NCBI GenBank assembly: GCA_016618085.1
Contig: JABLTG010000035.1
Coordinates: 62,001-126,000 of the forward strand
Direction of reading: 5' to 3'
Origin: Neovahlkampfia damariscottae
Lineage: Eukaryota
Length of the DNA: 64,000 nucleotides
The notes beneath the pieces were generated by a model. It searched no databases, was not told the DNA's origin, and was given only the letters and a program-made list of their open reading frames with translations. A program made the translations under genes and the position numbers. Numbering within the stretch: position 1 is the stretch's first letter; each line of letters starts with the position of its first letter. Shown here in pieces: positions 12,295 through 26,063 of this stretch.

Positions 12295-13318
12295 ATGTCA
12301 AATACAGAAACAAAAAAACTAAACTTGAAACATAAATTAAAAGGACATAAAGATAGAGTATGGCAATTAAGTTGGTCACCTGATGGTGAAATTTTGGCTT
12401 CTTGTAGTAGTGATAAATTAGTAAAACTTTGGAAATTAAATGAAACTTCAAATGAATATGAATGTATTGATACAATTGAATCAAAACATACAAAAACTAT
12501 AAGATGCTTAGAATGGTCACCAAATGGAAAATATTTGGCTTTGGGTATTTTTCTTTTGAATCTAATTTTTAAAAGGTAGTTTTGACAGTTTCATTACAAT
12601 TTGGAAAAAAACTTCAAGTTCAATGGAATTTGTAACAAAATTAGAAGGACATGAAAATGAAGTTAAAAGTGTTAGTTGGTCAAAAATAGGAGAAACAATG
12701 CTAGCTTCATGTTCAAGAGATCGTTCCATTTGGATTTGGGAACCTATTTCAAATGAAGGTGATTTTGAATGTCTATCTGTTTTAAATGGACATACACAAG
12801 ATGTTAAAATGGTTAAATGGCATCCAAATAGAGAAATATTAATGAGTTCGTCATATGATGATTCAATACGAACTTGGACTGAAGACATTGATGATTGGTA
12901 TTGTTGTTCAACATTAAATGAACATAAATCAACAGTTTGGTCATTTGATTTTAATAAATCTGGTGATTATCTTGTTTCTGTTGGTGATGATCAAAATTTA
13001 TTCATTTCAAAATTATTTGAATCCAAAGATGTAGATGAACCTTTTGAATGGAAAAAAATAAAAGAAATAAAAAATGAACATAAAAGAACTATATATAGTG
13101 TGAATTGGTCAAAAGATAATAAATATATTGCAACAGGTTCAGGAGATGATTTTATTAGAATTTTTAAATGGAATGGTGAAGAAAATGATATTAAAAATAT
13201 TTTTGAAATTAAAGGACATATATCTGATATAAATTGTGTTTCATGGAATCCAACAAAATTAAATCAAATTGCAACTTGTAGTGATGATAAATCAATTAAA
13301 ATTTGGAATTTTGAATAA
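12295..13318 (+). CDS. CIA1: cytosolic Fe-S assembly WD40 protein CIA1/CIAO1
   Basis: GHKDRVW, LEGHENEVKSVSW, CSRDRSIWIWE, HTQDVKMVKWHP, SSSYDD. Confidence 0.95.
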
Positions 13319-13324
13319 ATGAAT

Positions 13325-14479
13325 TTATTGTCTTCGTTTATGGGACATTTGAAGATAATTACTTGTTTGCATTTCATTTAAACGTGATATAGTTCTATCA
13401 AATGCAAATGCTTCATCAACACCTCCTTCCTCTTTTTTATCTTCAAATAATTTTTCAGGACAATCAACAGCAGAACATATTAATTTTACATGATGTTGAT
13501 ATAATTCATCAATTAATAATATAAATCTTCTCATTAAATCTCTTGAATTTAAATTAAAATATGGAATATCAGTTATAATCACTGTATGAAAATTTTCAGC
13601 AATCGCAATATAATCCACTGCTGAAAGTTGTTTTTCGCATAAATCTTTAAATGAAAATTTTGCAACTTTTCTTGCAGATAAAGGTACTAATAATGTTCTA
13701 CCTTTAAAATCTAAAAATTCTGGTTCTGGATTTTCATTTTGTATTAAATTTTTAAATAAATCATCAATTATATTTTTTGAATTTTCTAATGGAAATATAT
13801 AAACTTGTGATACTTTAGTACCACTTAATCTATAATCTTTTAATGAATTAATATCAATTATTTCATTTTTAGCTTTAATTACATCAATAAAAGGTAAAAA
13901 TGAATCTCGATTTATTCCATTTAAATATAAATCATCTGGTCTTCTATTTGATGTTGCAAATATAACTGCACCTCTTTCAATTAAATTTTCAAATAATCTT
14001 TTCAAAATCATTGCATCAGCAATATCCGTAACTTGAAATTCATCAAAACATAATAACCATGATTCTTGTAATATTTCATCGCATAATTCAGGTACAAAAT
14101 CTTTTCCTTTTTCTTTTTTTCTCAGTTGATACATTCTTGAATGAAAATTTAACATGAATTTATTGAAATGTGTTCTTTGTTTTTTTTTAATAAAAGAACA
14201 ACAATCAAAAAATAAATCCATTAACATTGTTTTGCCAGCACCAACACCACCAAATATATATATTCCTTTTGGTGTTCTTCCATTTGAAGGTGAATAATCT
14301 TTTAAGTCTTCAAATAGTTTATCAATATATCTTAAAGAATATCTTTGTCTATCATCAGGTTTTATTTCACTTCTTGTCACAAGTCTTTCATATTCTTCTG
14401 AAGGTTTTTTGGTTGATAATTTTGTTGAATAATATTTGAGTTTAGAAGAATTAGCCTTGAAAAAACATCTCTTTAACAT
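13325..14479 (-). CDS. AFG1: AFG1/LACE1 (ZapE family) mitochondrial ATPase
   Basis: GIYIFGGVGAGKTMLMD, LLCFDEFQVTDIADAMIL, TSNRRPDDLY, FAFDRTISRLNEM; basic presequence-like N-terminus. Confidence 0.93.
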   Translation of the reverse strand: MLKRCFFKANSSKLKYYSTKLSTKKPSEEYERLVTRSEIKPDDRQRYSLRYIDKLFEDLKDYSPSNGRTPKGIYIFGGVGAGKTMLMDLFFDCCSFIKKKQRTHFNKFMLNFHSRMYQLRKKEKGKDFVPELCDEILQESWLLCFDEFQVTDIADAMILKRLFENLIERGAVIFATSNRRPDDLYLNGINRDSFLPFIDVIKAKNEIIDINSLKDYRLSGTKVSQVYIFPLENSKNIIDDLFKNLIQNENPEPEFLDFKGRTLLVPLSARKVAKFSFKDLCEKQLSAVDYIAIAENFHTVIITDIPYFNLNSRDLMRRFILLIDELYQHHVKLICSAVDCPEKLFEDKKEEGGVDEAFAFDRTISRLNEMQTSNYLQMSHKRRQ

Positions 14480-14542
14480 TATTCTCCGATCCAATCAATT
14501 TTCTTCATTTTTTCACAACATTTTTTTTAAAATTACAGTGAA

Positions 14543-14959
14543 ATGAAAAGGAATTTCTTAAGATTAAAAAGTAAGATTGTAGATGTATCAGAATTTAAGC
14601 CAAATTGGTCAATTGAAAAAACAATGTTAAATAAAGAAGAAGAAATAAAAATATCAAAAGAAGAAATAAATAAATTATCACACTTGGCCAGAATTAATTT
14701 TGATGAAAAAGAAATTGAAACCTTTCAAAAAGATGTTGAAGAAGTTGTAAATTGGTTTAATATTATAAAAAAAGTAAATACAGAAAATATAGAACCAATG
14801 TATACACCTTTACAACAAAATGAAAAGTTAAATTGTTTAAATAATTCAAGAGATGATAAAGAAATAACAGAAGGAAATATACAAAAAGAAACATTAACAT
14901 TAACAAATTTAAAAAAAGGAAATTTTTATAAAGTACCAAAAATAATTCAAGAAGATTAA
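14543..14959 (+). CDS. gatC: Glu-tRNA(Gln) amidotransferase subunit C
   Basis: ISKEEINKLSHLARI, VNTENIEPM, RDD, FYKVPKII; N-terminal extension. Confidence 0.85.
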   Translation: MKRNFLRLKSKIVDVSEFKPNWSIEKTMLNKEEEIKISKEEINKLSHLARINFDEKEIETFQKDVEEVVNWFNIIKKVNTENIEPMYTPLQQNEKLNCLNNSRDDKEITEGNIQKETLTLTNLKKGNFYKVPKIIQED

Positions 14960-15921
14960 ATATTCTCTTTTGGATTTTGTTTTGGAAATTCTTCTGAAGT
15001 AAAGAAATCATCATATTCATCACCATTTGGTGCATCATCAATATTACTTTTTTTTTTATGATAGTCATTATTGTATAAATCATCATCTTCTGTTTGTTGT
15101 TGTTGTTCATTATTTTTGTGAATTGAAAAATTTTTTAATTTTTCTTCAATTGTGTTACAAAATCCACATTTATTGAACCAATATAATACAAAATGAATTG
15201 ATATTAAAATGAACCAAATAACCAGTGGAAAAATAAACCATGGAAATGCAGTAATAAATCTTGTAAATGCCCATGTACAATAAATGACAGCATTTCCAAT
15301 ACAAAATAAAATTAAATGAATATAAAAATGATTAAAGTATTGATTAAAATTTGAAAATAATGTATGTAATGAAAATAAAATTATAAGAATTGAAATTGGA
15401 TAAATACACCATGGAAATGAAAATCCAGTTGGTCCAACAATATAAACATTAGTTAAAATTAACATTGAAATAGTTGATGTACAAAATGTTACATGAATTG
15501 AATAAATCTAAAGAGATTAGTGTATATTTTATTTGTTTACTTTGTTTGGATAATTTGGATTTCCAATAATAAAAAGTATTCCAATGGTTAATACTATTAA
15601 ATACTCTGGATAAATAAACCATGGAAATAATAAAGGTGTGAAAGTTAACCATGAAAGTCCAAAAAGTATACCTAATATCATCAATACAATAGATACTCTT
15701 AAAAATAATTTTGAATATTTATGTTCAAGTTTTAATTTTTCAACAATTACTTCATCTTCAATTGAATTAAACTTTTCATAACTTTTAACAAAAAAGTTTT
15801 TTTCTTCCATTTGACTGTTTTCCACAGATTGTGCTTGTATTTCTTCAGTCAAAATAGGTTCTGGAACATTTGGAGATTTAAAATCATCTCTAGGTACATA
15901 CGTTTCAAAATCACCGTCCAT
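14956..15921 (-). CDS. hypothetical multi-pass membrane protein, one intron
   Basis: Spliced ORFs 15529-16011 and 14956-15465; repeated FPWFIYP / FPWCIYP / FPWFIFP motif after TM helices. Confidence 0.7.
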
Positions 15922-16041
15922 GTTGATTTTTTGTCTTAATTGAACTAAATATAATTGGTTAGTAATTCTCCCCACCAATAAAATATGATGAAAATAATAT
16001 TTGTTCAACAAAATTGGACATTAATTTCATATTCAAAATCT

Positions 16042-18605
16042 TTATTTTTTTTCTTTGCATTTTTTTTTATGAAAATTCCAATCATCCTTTTGACATTTTT
16101 CACTACAATAAATTTTTTTTAAACATCTACCACAATACTTTGGAGAACATTCAATTAATAATTTTTGACATTTTGAACATCTTTTAAACCTTTGATCTTC
16201 AATAATTTCAATTACATTTTTTTGACATTTTTGATCAGCTGAAACAGTGATTAAAGATGCATTTAAATCACCAAAATGTAATTTTAAACCACAAACAGTT
16301 GATTGATAAGATTTAAATGCATAAATTTTTTGACTTGTATTACAATCAATAATATTAATTACACCTGAATCTAAAGTACCAACAGCCAAATAAGTTGAAT
16401 TTAAATCAATTGAAGAAATCATATTACTAAATTTAATTCTTGATTTTACTTTTTTATTTCTTCTATTCCAAATAAAAATATGTTGTTCACCTGATGAAAC
16501 TAAATATGATTCATCAAAAATGAAATGTTCAATATATGAATCTCTAACTTGAAAATCAATAAAACTACCAATATGTTTTTTTGTATTAATTTCATATTCT
16601 AATATAATTCCATCTTCATTTAATAAAAATAATTCATTATTTGAAAATTGAAATTTATAAATTGAATTTTTGTTACCATATAAAATTGATTTTTTGTTTG
16701 TTTTTCTATCCAATATTATAAATGGTTCTAACATTGAACTTGTTGAATATATTATAAAATTAGAATCAAATTTAACTTGATTTATAATATAACATTCTTT
16801 CATTTCAATTAAATTCTTTTTACTTTTTAAATCAAATAATATAATTAAATGATTATTTGTAAATTGTAAAAATATTTCATTTCCAAATTTAAAAAGACAA
16901 TTAACATTTTCATTTTTAAATAATGTTTTATATCCTCCTTTACTTTTAAAATCAACATATTTAATTGAATTCTTTTCTTCATAAATAACTCCAGTATTTG
17001 TTAAACAAAATTCATTTAAAGGTTTAATTTCATCTTCATCAAAATCAATATAAATTGGTCTTGATACACATTTTATTGTTGAAAAATCTAATTTACAAGG
17101 TGCAAAATTTGTAAATTTTAATTCATTATTTTCATTTTTTGGTTGAATTTTAATTAATAATGAAATTAATTTTTCATTATTTTCTTCTTTTTTATTCATT
17201 TCTTCTAAAATAATCATTGCTTCATCCATACGATTCTATTAAAGTTAAATTTTAAAAAATAAATTTACTAAATTTATTAATGATTCAATACCAAAAAATA
17301 TAATTTCATCATTCATTTGAAAATGAGAATAGTATAAATACTTTTGATAAACATCTTCATATTTTTTAAATTTCATTAATTCATTTAATTCAATTAATAT
17401 TTCATTTTCTTTTATTTCTTTTTTAATAAAATCATTATATTCTTTTAATTTAATTTCTCTACATTTTGGTATTGAATAATTACAAACTTGACAATGTGGT
17501 ATTAATTTATCATTTTCACAATTCATTTCAAATTCATTTAATATATTTGAATAATATGTTGAATATACATTATATTCTTTAACTAATTTTTGAATTAAAG
17601 GTAATCCTTCTTTTATTTTTAATTTTCCAATTAATTTCCAAATTTGATAATAATTATTAAATCCACGTATTTCATGACTTTTAACTAAATATTTTAAAAT
17701 TAATATTTTTAATTTTTCAAAAATAATTTCATTCTTTATTCTTTATAATCATGATTATTTAAAAAAATATAAAATATCACTTACAATTCATTTTGATTTG
17801 AAATTTCATTAAATGTTTCAAAAATAATTAATTCATCATAACAATTCAAATCTGATTGTTCACCAATTTTTTCTAATTTTTCTAAAATAATTTCTGAAAT
17901 TAAAAAGAATTCATCTAAATGACGTATTAATAATTTTGATATTTTTTCAAAATCTAAAATCTTATTTCCTTTTGATAAATGTATATTACCTAATGGAAAT
18001 ATCATTATTAAATCATCAATAGATATCTTTTCAATAGTTAATAATATTTTATAAATATTTGAAAGTGATAATTTATGTTCTTCATCTCTAATCATACTAC
18101 ATAATGGACTGGAATGTTCATTTGTAAATCCTAATTGTTTAGCATTTTCATCATTAATTTTTATATTTTGAATTAATGGTATTTTACTATAAGGTATTTG
18201 ATGATAATATAAAATTGGTCGATTTGTATATCGAACAAAAGGTGATGATTGAAATTTAATTTTAATATTTTGAAGTACTTTCATTTTTAAATTTAATAAA
18301 TCAGCTATTTGAGATATTTCTAATCCTTCTTTAATAGTTTTATAAGCTAAGCCATATTTTTTTAATTCAACTAAAGCACTAGCTTTTCGATAATATCCTT
18401 TTACCCAATCTGGTGCAATTTGAATAGCTTTTATTGCATCATCTAATGCCTGTTTATATTGTTGTTTTTTTAAATGTACTAAACTTCTATTTGAGTATAA
18501 TTGAAAACTTTGTGGTGACTCCTCGATACCTTTTGTATATAATTCCATTGCTAAATCTAAATCTCCTTTTTTAAGAGCTTGGTTACCTTCTTCTTGATGG
18601 TTCAT
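16042..18605 (-). CDS. TPR + divergent WD40 propeller + MYND zinc-finger protein, multi-exon
   Basis: EEGNQALKKGD...YSNRS...PDWVKGYYRKA TPRs; CSKC...CGRC...YCSEKCQKDDWNFHKKKC MYND. Confidence 0.78.
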
Positions 18606-18694
18606 ATCTTTGGTCCAAAAAGAAAAAAAAAAAAAAAAAACTGAAGAGAAACGAACCAATAAAAATCTGGATTGAAGATTTTAAAATTCTTTTT

Positions 18695-20210
18695 TTATTT
18701 ATTCCACCATTGATCTTTTTGTAATTGTATTCTAATATAATCTTTTACACATTGAATTAATTCATCACAATCCGAGCATTCATAAGTCAATATATTTGAA
18801 TCCTATTTTTAGAATGATGATTAGAGACTTACTGATAATTCAATTGTAAATATATTATTACCATCTTCTGGATAAATATCAATAATTGAAGATATTTCAA
18901 TAATTTCTTTTTTTCCATTTGTTACAAATTCCAATTCTAAATTTTCATTTTTTTCATTTTTTTTTAAATTCAATTCAATTTTTGATTGTATTTTTGATAA
19001 AATTGGATTTGAAGATTTTAAAATGAATGACTTTGGTTTTAAATTCATTGAATCTAATTGACTTCTCATTGAAACTAATTTATCTGCCATTGATTTTGCT
19101 GTAAATTCTTTTTGTTCAACTAATAATTTTAAATCAACAATTTCTTTCTCCCTTTTAAAATTATTTAATTCTAAGATATCTTCAATACTTTTGATCTAAT
19201 ACATTTTTTTGATCATTCATTTCATTGGACAATTCTTCATATCTTTGTTTCCATAATTTTGTTTCTAAAATTTCTTTTCTTTGTTCATCTTTTATTTCTT
19301 CAAATAAATTATTTAATCTTTTATTTTCTTCATCTAATATGATTAATCTATCTTCTTTTTCAAATGATTCATCTTTATATTGATTTAATTGTTCATTTGA
19401 AATTTTATACATTGTTTTTACATCAACAATCACTTTTTCAGAACAAATTAATTTTTCATCTAATGTTGTTATTTTATCTTCATAGAATCTAAAAATTAAT
19501 AATTCATTGTTTTTTTACTCTATTTCTCTTTCTAACCTTTCACATCTTTCTTCTAATTTATTTCTTGGTAATTGTTTAATAGATATTTCTGTATTTTCTA
19601 TATTAATACTAGTTTGTTCTTTGTTTCCAAATAAATTTCCAAAAAAACTTTTTGATGGTTGTTCTTCAGTTTTTTCCTTTTTTTTTTAATTTTTCAGAAA
19701 AAATGAATTTACATTTATTTTTATATATTTTTCTAATTCTTCTATTCTTTCTTTTAATGAATTATTTTCTAATTCATATTTTCTTGTCAAAATTTTCTTT
19801 CAAAATATTAATATTTCAATGATTACCCTCTCTTTATTTATTCTTTTTAAACTATCAAATTGTGCTAATGATTTAGCTGTTTTTAAAACTTCTTCTTTTC
19901 TTAATTTTCTTTCGTCAAGTAAAAATTGTTTTAAAATTTGAACTTTTTTTTCTAATTTTTTTACATCAATGGAAGGTTTCTCCAATTCTTCATCTGAATC
20001 AGATTCGTAATTTAAAGTTTTAGGTGTATGAAATACATTCCTTTTACTTGAAGACAGAGGTGTTTTTATTAAAAAATGTTGAGGACTACTCAGCATAGAA
20101 TTGGACCTTGAAAGACCTTCATCTGAATATGTTGATTCATCTTCATCAAAATCTTCTGTTTTACTGTTACTGCTATTTCTATCTGAACGTGGAGTTATAC
20201 TTCGGCTCAT
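18695..20210 (-). CDS. hypothetical coiled-coil protein with Ser-rich N-terminus, multi-exon
   Basis: ORF segments joined by about 30-nt GT-AG introns; heptad-rich middle; possible PH-like C-terminus. Confidence 0.6.
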
Positions 20211-20274
20211 ATTTATTCGTCAATCTTTATGATTGGCTGTTGAAATGAGAGTTTAAAAAAAAAATTAAAATTTA

Positions 20275-21295
20275 TTAAACAGATATTTTTTTATTCCCTT
20301 TAAAATTTATCAAAAACATTAGAGTTCCAATAAAACTCAAAAAATAACCAACAAAATTAATCGATGAAAAATTTGAAAAATAAAATAACGAAATGAATAA
20401 AATAAAAGTATTTCTAAAAAGATGAAACTTTAAAGAACTTGAATAATTTAATAATATAAATGATATTAAAGTTTTAAAAAAATCTAAAATGCCATTAAAA
20501 ATTAGAAATAAATTCTCATTCCTCGAATGAATAAATTCCCAAAATTTTAAGAATCTAAATTCAAAAATTAAAAAGAATGGAAATATTAAAAATATTGATA
20601 TTGGTGTTAAATAATATATTAAATTAAATGAATCTATTCTTTCTTTCATCAGATATTCAATAAAAATCATTTGAGAAACTATGAATATTTAAAAGTGAAA
20701 AAAAGAACAAACCATTCAAAATTGATTCAAAAATGATCATATAAAAATGAAATATATTCAATTTTAAATGATTTGAAAATGATGATATTATAACTCCAAT
20801 GGTTATTAAAATTGTTGAAATAATTTGTTTATTCTTCATTTTCATTTTAAAAAATATCATTTGAATAATTAAATTTAAACATGGTGAAATTGCAATTATA
20901 TTGTTAATAAAGGTATCATCTGATTTTATAATATTAAAATTATGTAAAATTAAATTAAACGAAAAAATAAAACTAAAAAAAAAAGAAATGAGTGCGCGCA
21001 ACAGTTTACCTCAAAGGTAATATTTTTTGAAGAAAATCATTCATTTCAATTTCTTTTAATGTTATATTCATTAATTTTGGTGATATTTTTAAAAATATAG
21101 TGACAATGATCCAACTCATAACTTCCAAAATTAAAATTGAATATTTTGAATATTACGTAATTGTAACAAAGTCAATGAAATTGGAAATAGAAACTTCAGT
21201 TTAACTAAGTTTGTATTATGTTTTTTGGAAACATGAAGTAAAAAAAAATACGCCAGCACAACGAAGAAAAGTGCAAACGATTTTTTAAATCTCAT
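20275..21295 (-). CDS. divergent triose-phosphate / nucleotide-sugar transporter (DMT, SLC35E-like)
   Basis: Spliced reading gives FPISLTLLQL, KILPLSFIFSFNLILHN, DSFNLIYYLTPIS; many TM helices. Confidence 0.7.
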
Positions 21296-21442
21296 TTTTA
21301 GAATTTCTGATTGGATAGAATTTTATTTTGAATGTTCTTTTATCTCTTCAAATTTAGAATTAAAATTTCATCTTTTTTTACTTTCCAAAATATAAATTGT
21401 TCTTGAAATTGCCAACCAATCAAGTGTTTTTCTTCAAACTTG

Positions 21443-22217
21443 ATGGATGAGGTTGAAGACAATGAATTATTTGAAGCATACACTGAAGACTTCAATGAAA
21501 AGATAATAGAGATACAGGATTTCTTTGACGTTCTCGTTAGTGAAACAGGTAAAACAAAGGAAAACTAATGGAAAACAGAAAAAACACCTATCCTGAATAG
21601 AATTAATGGTTCTTTAAAAATTCTGAAGAATATTGTAAGAAAAATTGACTAAATATTCCAGTATGAAAGAATAGATGACCAAATTGTTTCAAAACCGAAC
21701 TCGGAAAAATTAAAAAATGTAGGAATAAAATTAAAACAACAACTGATCAAATACAATTCAAAATATGAAGAGTTCAAAATTGAAGAAGACAAAAGATTAC
21801 TTTTTGAAGATAAAAATGAAGAGGTTACAAAAGAGTTGGATTTTGATAATTTGGAGAAAGAATCACTTGTCAAAAGACAAAGAAATTTAGAAAATACTTC
21901 ACTTTCAATTTCAAAATCAATTCAAATTGTTAGTGAAACAGAAGAAGTTGGAATTGGTATAATACAAAATTTGGGAAATCAAAGAGAACAAATAAATAGT
22001 CAAATTGATAAGGTAAAATGAAAAAAAATAATTCCAATTGAATTTTTAGGTTGATATTATAAATAGTACAATGAGAATAGCTCGATCTATTATTGACAGA
22101 ATGGAAGGTAGAGAAATGTATTTGAAAGTTATCATTGTTGTTCTGGTTTTGGTGAACATGGGAATGTTTTCTTTTACAGCTTATCTTTATCTCAACAAAA
22201 CTTTGAAGAAAAAATGA
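21443..22217 (+). CDS. Vti1-like Qb-SNARE, multi-exon
   Basis: ELFEAYTEDF N-terminus, ETEEVGIGIIQNLGNQREQI SNARE motif, C-terminal TM. Confidence 0.8.
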
Positions 22218-22490
22218 AAAAAATGACACAGTATTAAAATAAATTGTTTTGGTGTTCCAAACTATTTCAAACAAAAAATAGCTGTGGTTATGAGGATCCT
22301 TTTTTGGATAAAATGTTTGGAAGGTGTTTTGGAACAAAATTTTTCCGTTGAACTTTGAGCATTCAAAATGTTTAATATTCCAATTTTTTGATTTTGAGTC
22401 AAAAACAAATTTTTTGGATTTTCCCTCCAATAAAAACGCTAAGATTTAACCAATCAAATTAAAACCCGCTGTTTTCAGTTGAACGACGTT

Positions 22491-24387
22491 ATGAAACAAA
22501 AACAAATCAGGCTTCATCTCTTCGCTCCAAAGAATATAGTAAATCAACAAAACAAAGTAAGAATATCAAAAAACTAATTTTTAGACTGCCGAAGATGGAG
22601 AACTATCACCAAAAACACCATGCGAACCACCACTTTTTAAGGTAAGAAATTTTCCTTTTTTTACTTATACTTTTAGACACCAAAAGCATGTCCACCCACA
22701 CCAAAGAAGTCACCATCAACATTAAAGAAGAATAACCATGCACGGACTTCATCAATAACGCTCTTTGACGAACAAAATGAATTAAATTTTAGCTCGGACT
22801 TGGAATCAGATACAAGCTTTGATGAAGAAAATCTCCTGAATTGTAGTGCTCAATTGGAAAAAACAAGTATTTCTATGCCTCACAAAAGAAAATTGGATTG
22901 TTTAAAAAGTAATATGTCCAATAATCTGCCTTTGACACCTTCACCTTGGAAAACTAAAAAGTTATTTGACGATTTTGGATCAACTTCACAATTATCAAGT
23001 CCTGGTCTTGACGCATTACCACTTGCTACCAGTTTTAGTGAAGGAGCACTTTCACCTATTTTTTCAAATGAATCACCAAATGACTCAATAGAAACACCAA
23101 CAGATATCAGAGGATCAGGGTCGTACTTTGAAGATTCTGATGATGAGTTTGTAAAAACAAATGATGATCTTGATTTTCCTTCAACACCTCCAAGATTAAC
23201 ACAAACACAAAGTGAACCATCTTCACCAAAAGGTTTATACCCAGGAAGGTTCTCAATGAATTCAAAAGTTCATGTGAATGCTTTTTCACCGATGAGATCA
23301 GCTCCAAAATTTAATTTACCATCAAAACAGCCACCTCCAAGTCCATTTGAAAAGCCACCAAAAAGAAGAAAATCTTCTGAATTGTCTTCATCACAAGGAG
23401 ATAAATTCTCACAAGACTCAAATGGTAAAAATTTATTTCAATTTTTAACGTTATTTTCAAGTGATTGATGTTTATTTCTCGAGGTACATAACTGATTTCA
23501 AAGAAGTCAAAGTATTGGGTTCAGGGTCTTTTGGAGAAGTTTCAAAATGTACATATAGAATTGATGGAATTGATTATGCCATTAAAAAAACAACTAGAAT
23601 GATTTACAACGAAAAATATGAAGAAAAAATTTTAAAAGAAGTATATGCACTTGCTACACTTGTAGACAATCCTCATATTGTACGATATTTTTCTGCTTGG
23701 GTTGAAAATAAAAGATTATTCATACAAACAGAACTTTGTGAAGGAGGTTCTTTATCTGAAAAAGTAGGAAATGAAATATTTTCAGAAAAAGATTTATTAT
23801 CACTTCTAAGACAAATATTATTGGGGCTGGTTCAAATGCATGACTTAAATTTAGTACATTTAGATATTAAACCAGAAAACATTTACATCAAATTTGATTA
23901 TCAAAAAAAAAGAATTTATAAAATTGGAGATTTTGGACTTGCTGCTTCTTCATTATCAGACACTGAAACAGATATAGAGGAAGGTGATTCTCGTTATCTA
24001 GCTGAAGAATTATTGAACGAACAAAACCCAGATTTGACCAAAGCTGATATTTTTGCGATTGGAGCTACAATTTATGAGCTTGCAAAAGGAAGTTCTCTCC
24101 CAGAAAAAGGTGAAGAATGGCATGATATTAGAAATGGGAAGTTAAAACAAATTTTTTATTCAAAAGAGTTTGTTGATTTAATAAAAAAGATGATTCATCC
24201 AAATCCAAAGATGAGACCTTCAGCAAGAGAATTGTTGACATCTCAAATTGTTCAAAAATCTGTCACTCAAGAAGAATTGGAAAAACAATTCATAACTTTG
24301 GCAAATACATTGACAAAACAAAAACAAGTCGAAAACATTCTCAGAGAAGAAATTGAAGAGCTCAGAAATCAATTGAAAGAAAAATAA
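22491..24387 (+). CDS. WEE1: Wee1/Myt1-family kinase, 4 exons
   Basis: LGSGSFGEV, YAIKK, EVYALA, HLDIKPENI, KIGDFG, EEGDSRYL, WHDIRNG; S/T-P-rich N-terminus. Confidence 0.93.
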
Positions 24388-24481
24388 ATCTTTTTTGTAA
24401 ATAACTCAAAATTCAAATAAAAAATATCAAAGTTTTGATTTTTTGAAAGGTGTTTTTTTATTGGTCATTGTTTACTTTGTT

Positions 24482-25996
24482 ATGTCAACAGCAAAACACT
24501 CAAAATTCCGTCATATTTTCGCAAAACCAAAAACATCAAGTGTGTATACTGATGTACAACTTGGTGTATGCTCTCAAGAATCTGCTTTGATTGCATCAAA
24601 TAAAACTTATTTTGCTGGTAAAAAAAAAAAATGATTTTAACACAAAAAAAGTTCCATGGTAAATTGTCAAATATTTATAAAACATTCATTTAGGAAAGGT
24701 GGAAGTTTAGGAATCTGGCCTGTTGCAAAATATGGAAGATTAATTCCAATTGGAAAAGAAACAGGAGATTATCAAGTTAGGACTTTTTGGTTTTTAAATT
24801 ATAGTTATTTGGACATACTGGAAAGATTACAGATTTTAAATTTTCACCATTCCATGAAGATCTTCTTGCAACATCAAGTGAAGATGCTACTTTAAAGTTA
24901 TGGAAAATAAACCCTGAAAAAATAACATTTCAAAAAACAGACTACACTGCTGACTTTCAAGGACATGATAAAAAAGTTAACACATTAAGTTTTCATCCAA
25001 CTGCTGAAAATGTATTAGTTTCAATGGGAAATGATAATTGTGTAAAATTATGGGACATTGAAAAAGAAAAAGCAAATTACTCAATTGAAACTGAAAATTC
25101 AAATACATTTAATGTTTCTTGGAATTATACAGGTTCTCTTTTTACAAGTGCTGGAACAGATAAAAAAATGAGAGTTATTGATCCAAGAAGTTCGGAAGTT
25201 GCTTATGAAAAAGAAACAGAAAATCTTGGCACAAGAGGTTTTAGAAGTTATTGGAAAGGAAGAGATAACAAAATTATTACAATTGGTTATAACAAACAAA
25301 GTGACCGTCAAATTCAATTATTTGATTTAAAGAATTTAGATAAACCATTGGATACAATTAAAAGTGATAACTCTGCTTCAACAGTATTTCCATACTTTGA
25401 TGAAACTATCAATGTTTTATACCTTTGTGGTAGAAGTGATGCAACAATCAGATTATTTGAAATTGGAAATGATTATATTGAATTTTTGACTTCGCACAGG
25501 TTTTTTATTTTTTATATTTTTAAATCATATTTAAAGTGCTGGAACTCAAATTTCAGGTATGTGTGAAAGACCAAAAACTGAATGTGATGTTAAAAAGCAT
25601 CAAACAATGTCATTTTTAGTTTTAACACCAAAGACTGTTGTTCCACTTGATTTCTTTGTACCACGTAAATCTGAATACTTTCAAGATGATATTTATGAAA
25701 ATGTAAGAGATGTATCAACACCTTCAATTACAGCTGAAGAGTTCTTTGAAGGTCAAGAAGCAGATCCAAAACTCATTGACTTAAAACCAGAAGATATGAA
25801 ATCACAATCTGAAATGGGAGCAGTTGAAGTTTTAAAACCAAAGTATGATTTTCAAAAAGAACAAGAAAAAATTGAAAAAGAAAAAGAAAATTCAATTGAA
25901 AAAAATTTACAAAAATTTGATGCTGTTTTAAATAGATTTGATCAATTTTCAGATTCTGAAGATGATAAACCTATTGATTCAGATGATGACTGGTAG
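24482..25996 (+). CDS. coronin, multi-exon including a 7-nt micro-exon
   Basis: SKFRHIF N-terminus, WD40s, VPRKSEYFQDDIY; acidic C-terminus DSDDDW. Confidence 0.92.
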
Positions 25997-26063
25997 AAAA
26001 AAAAAACCGTTTTTTTTTTTTTTTTTTTTTGACTTGCACTTAAAAATCTTAAAAAATAAATTA

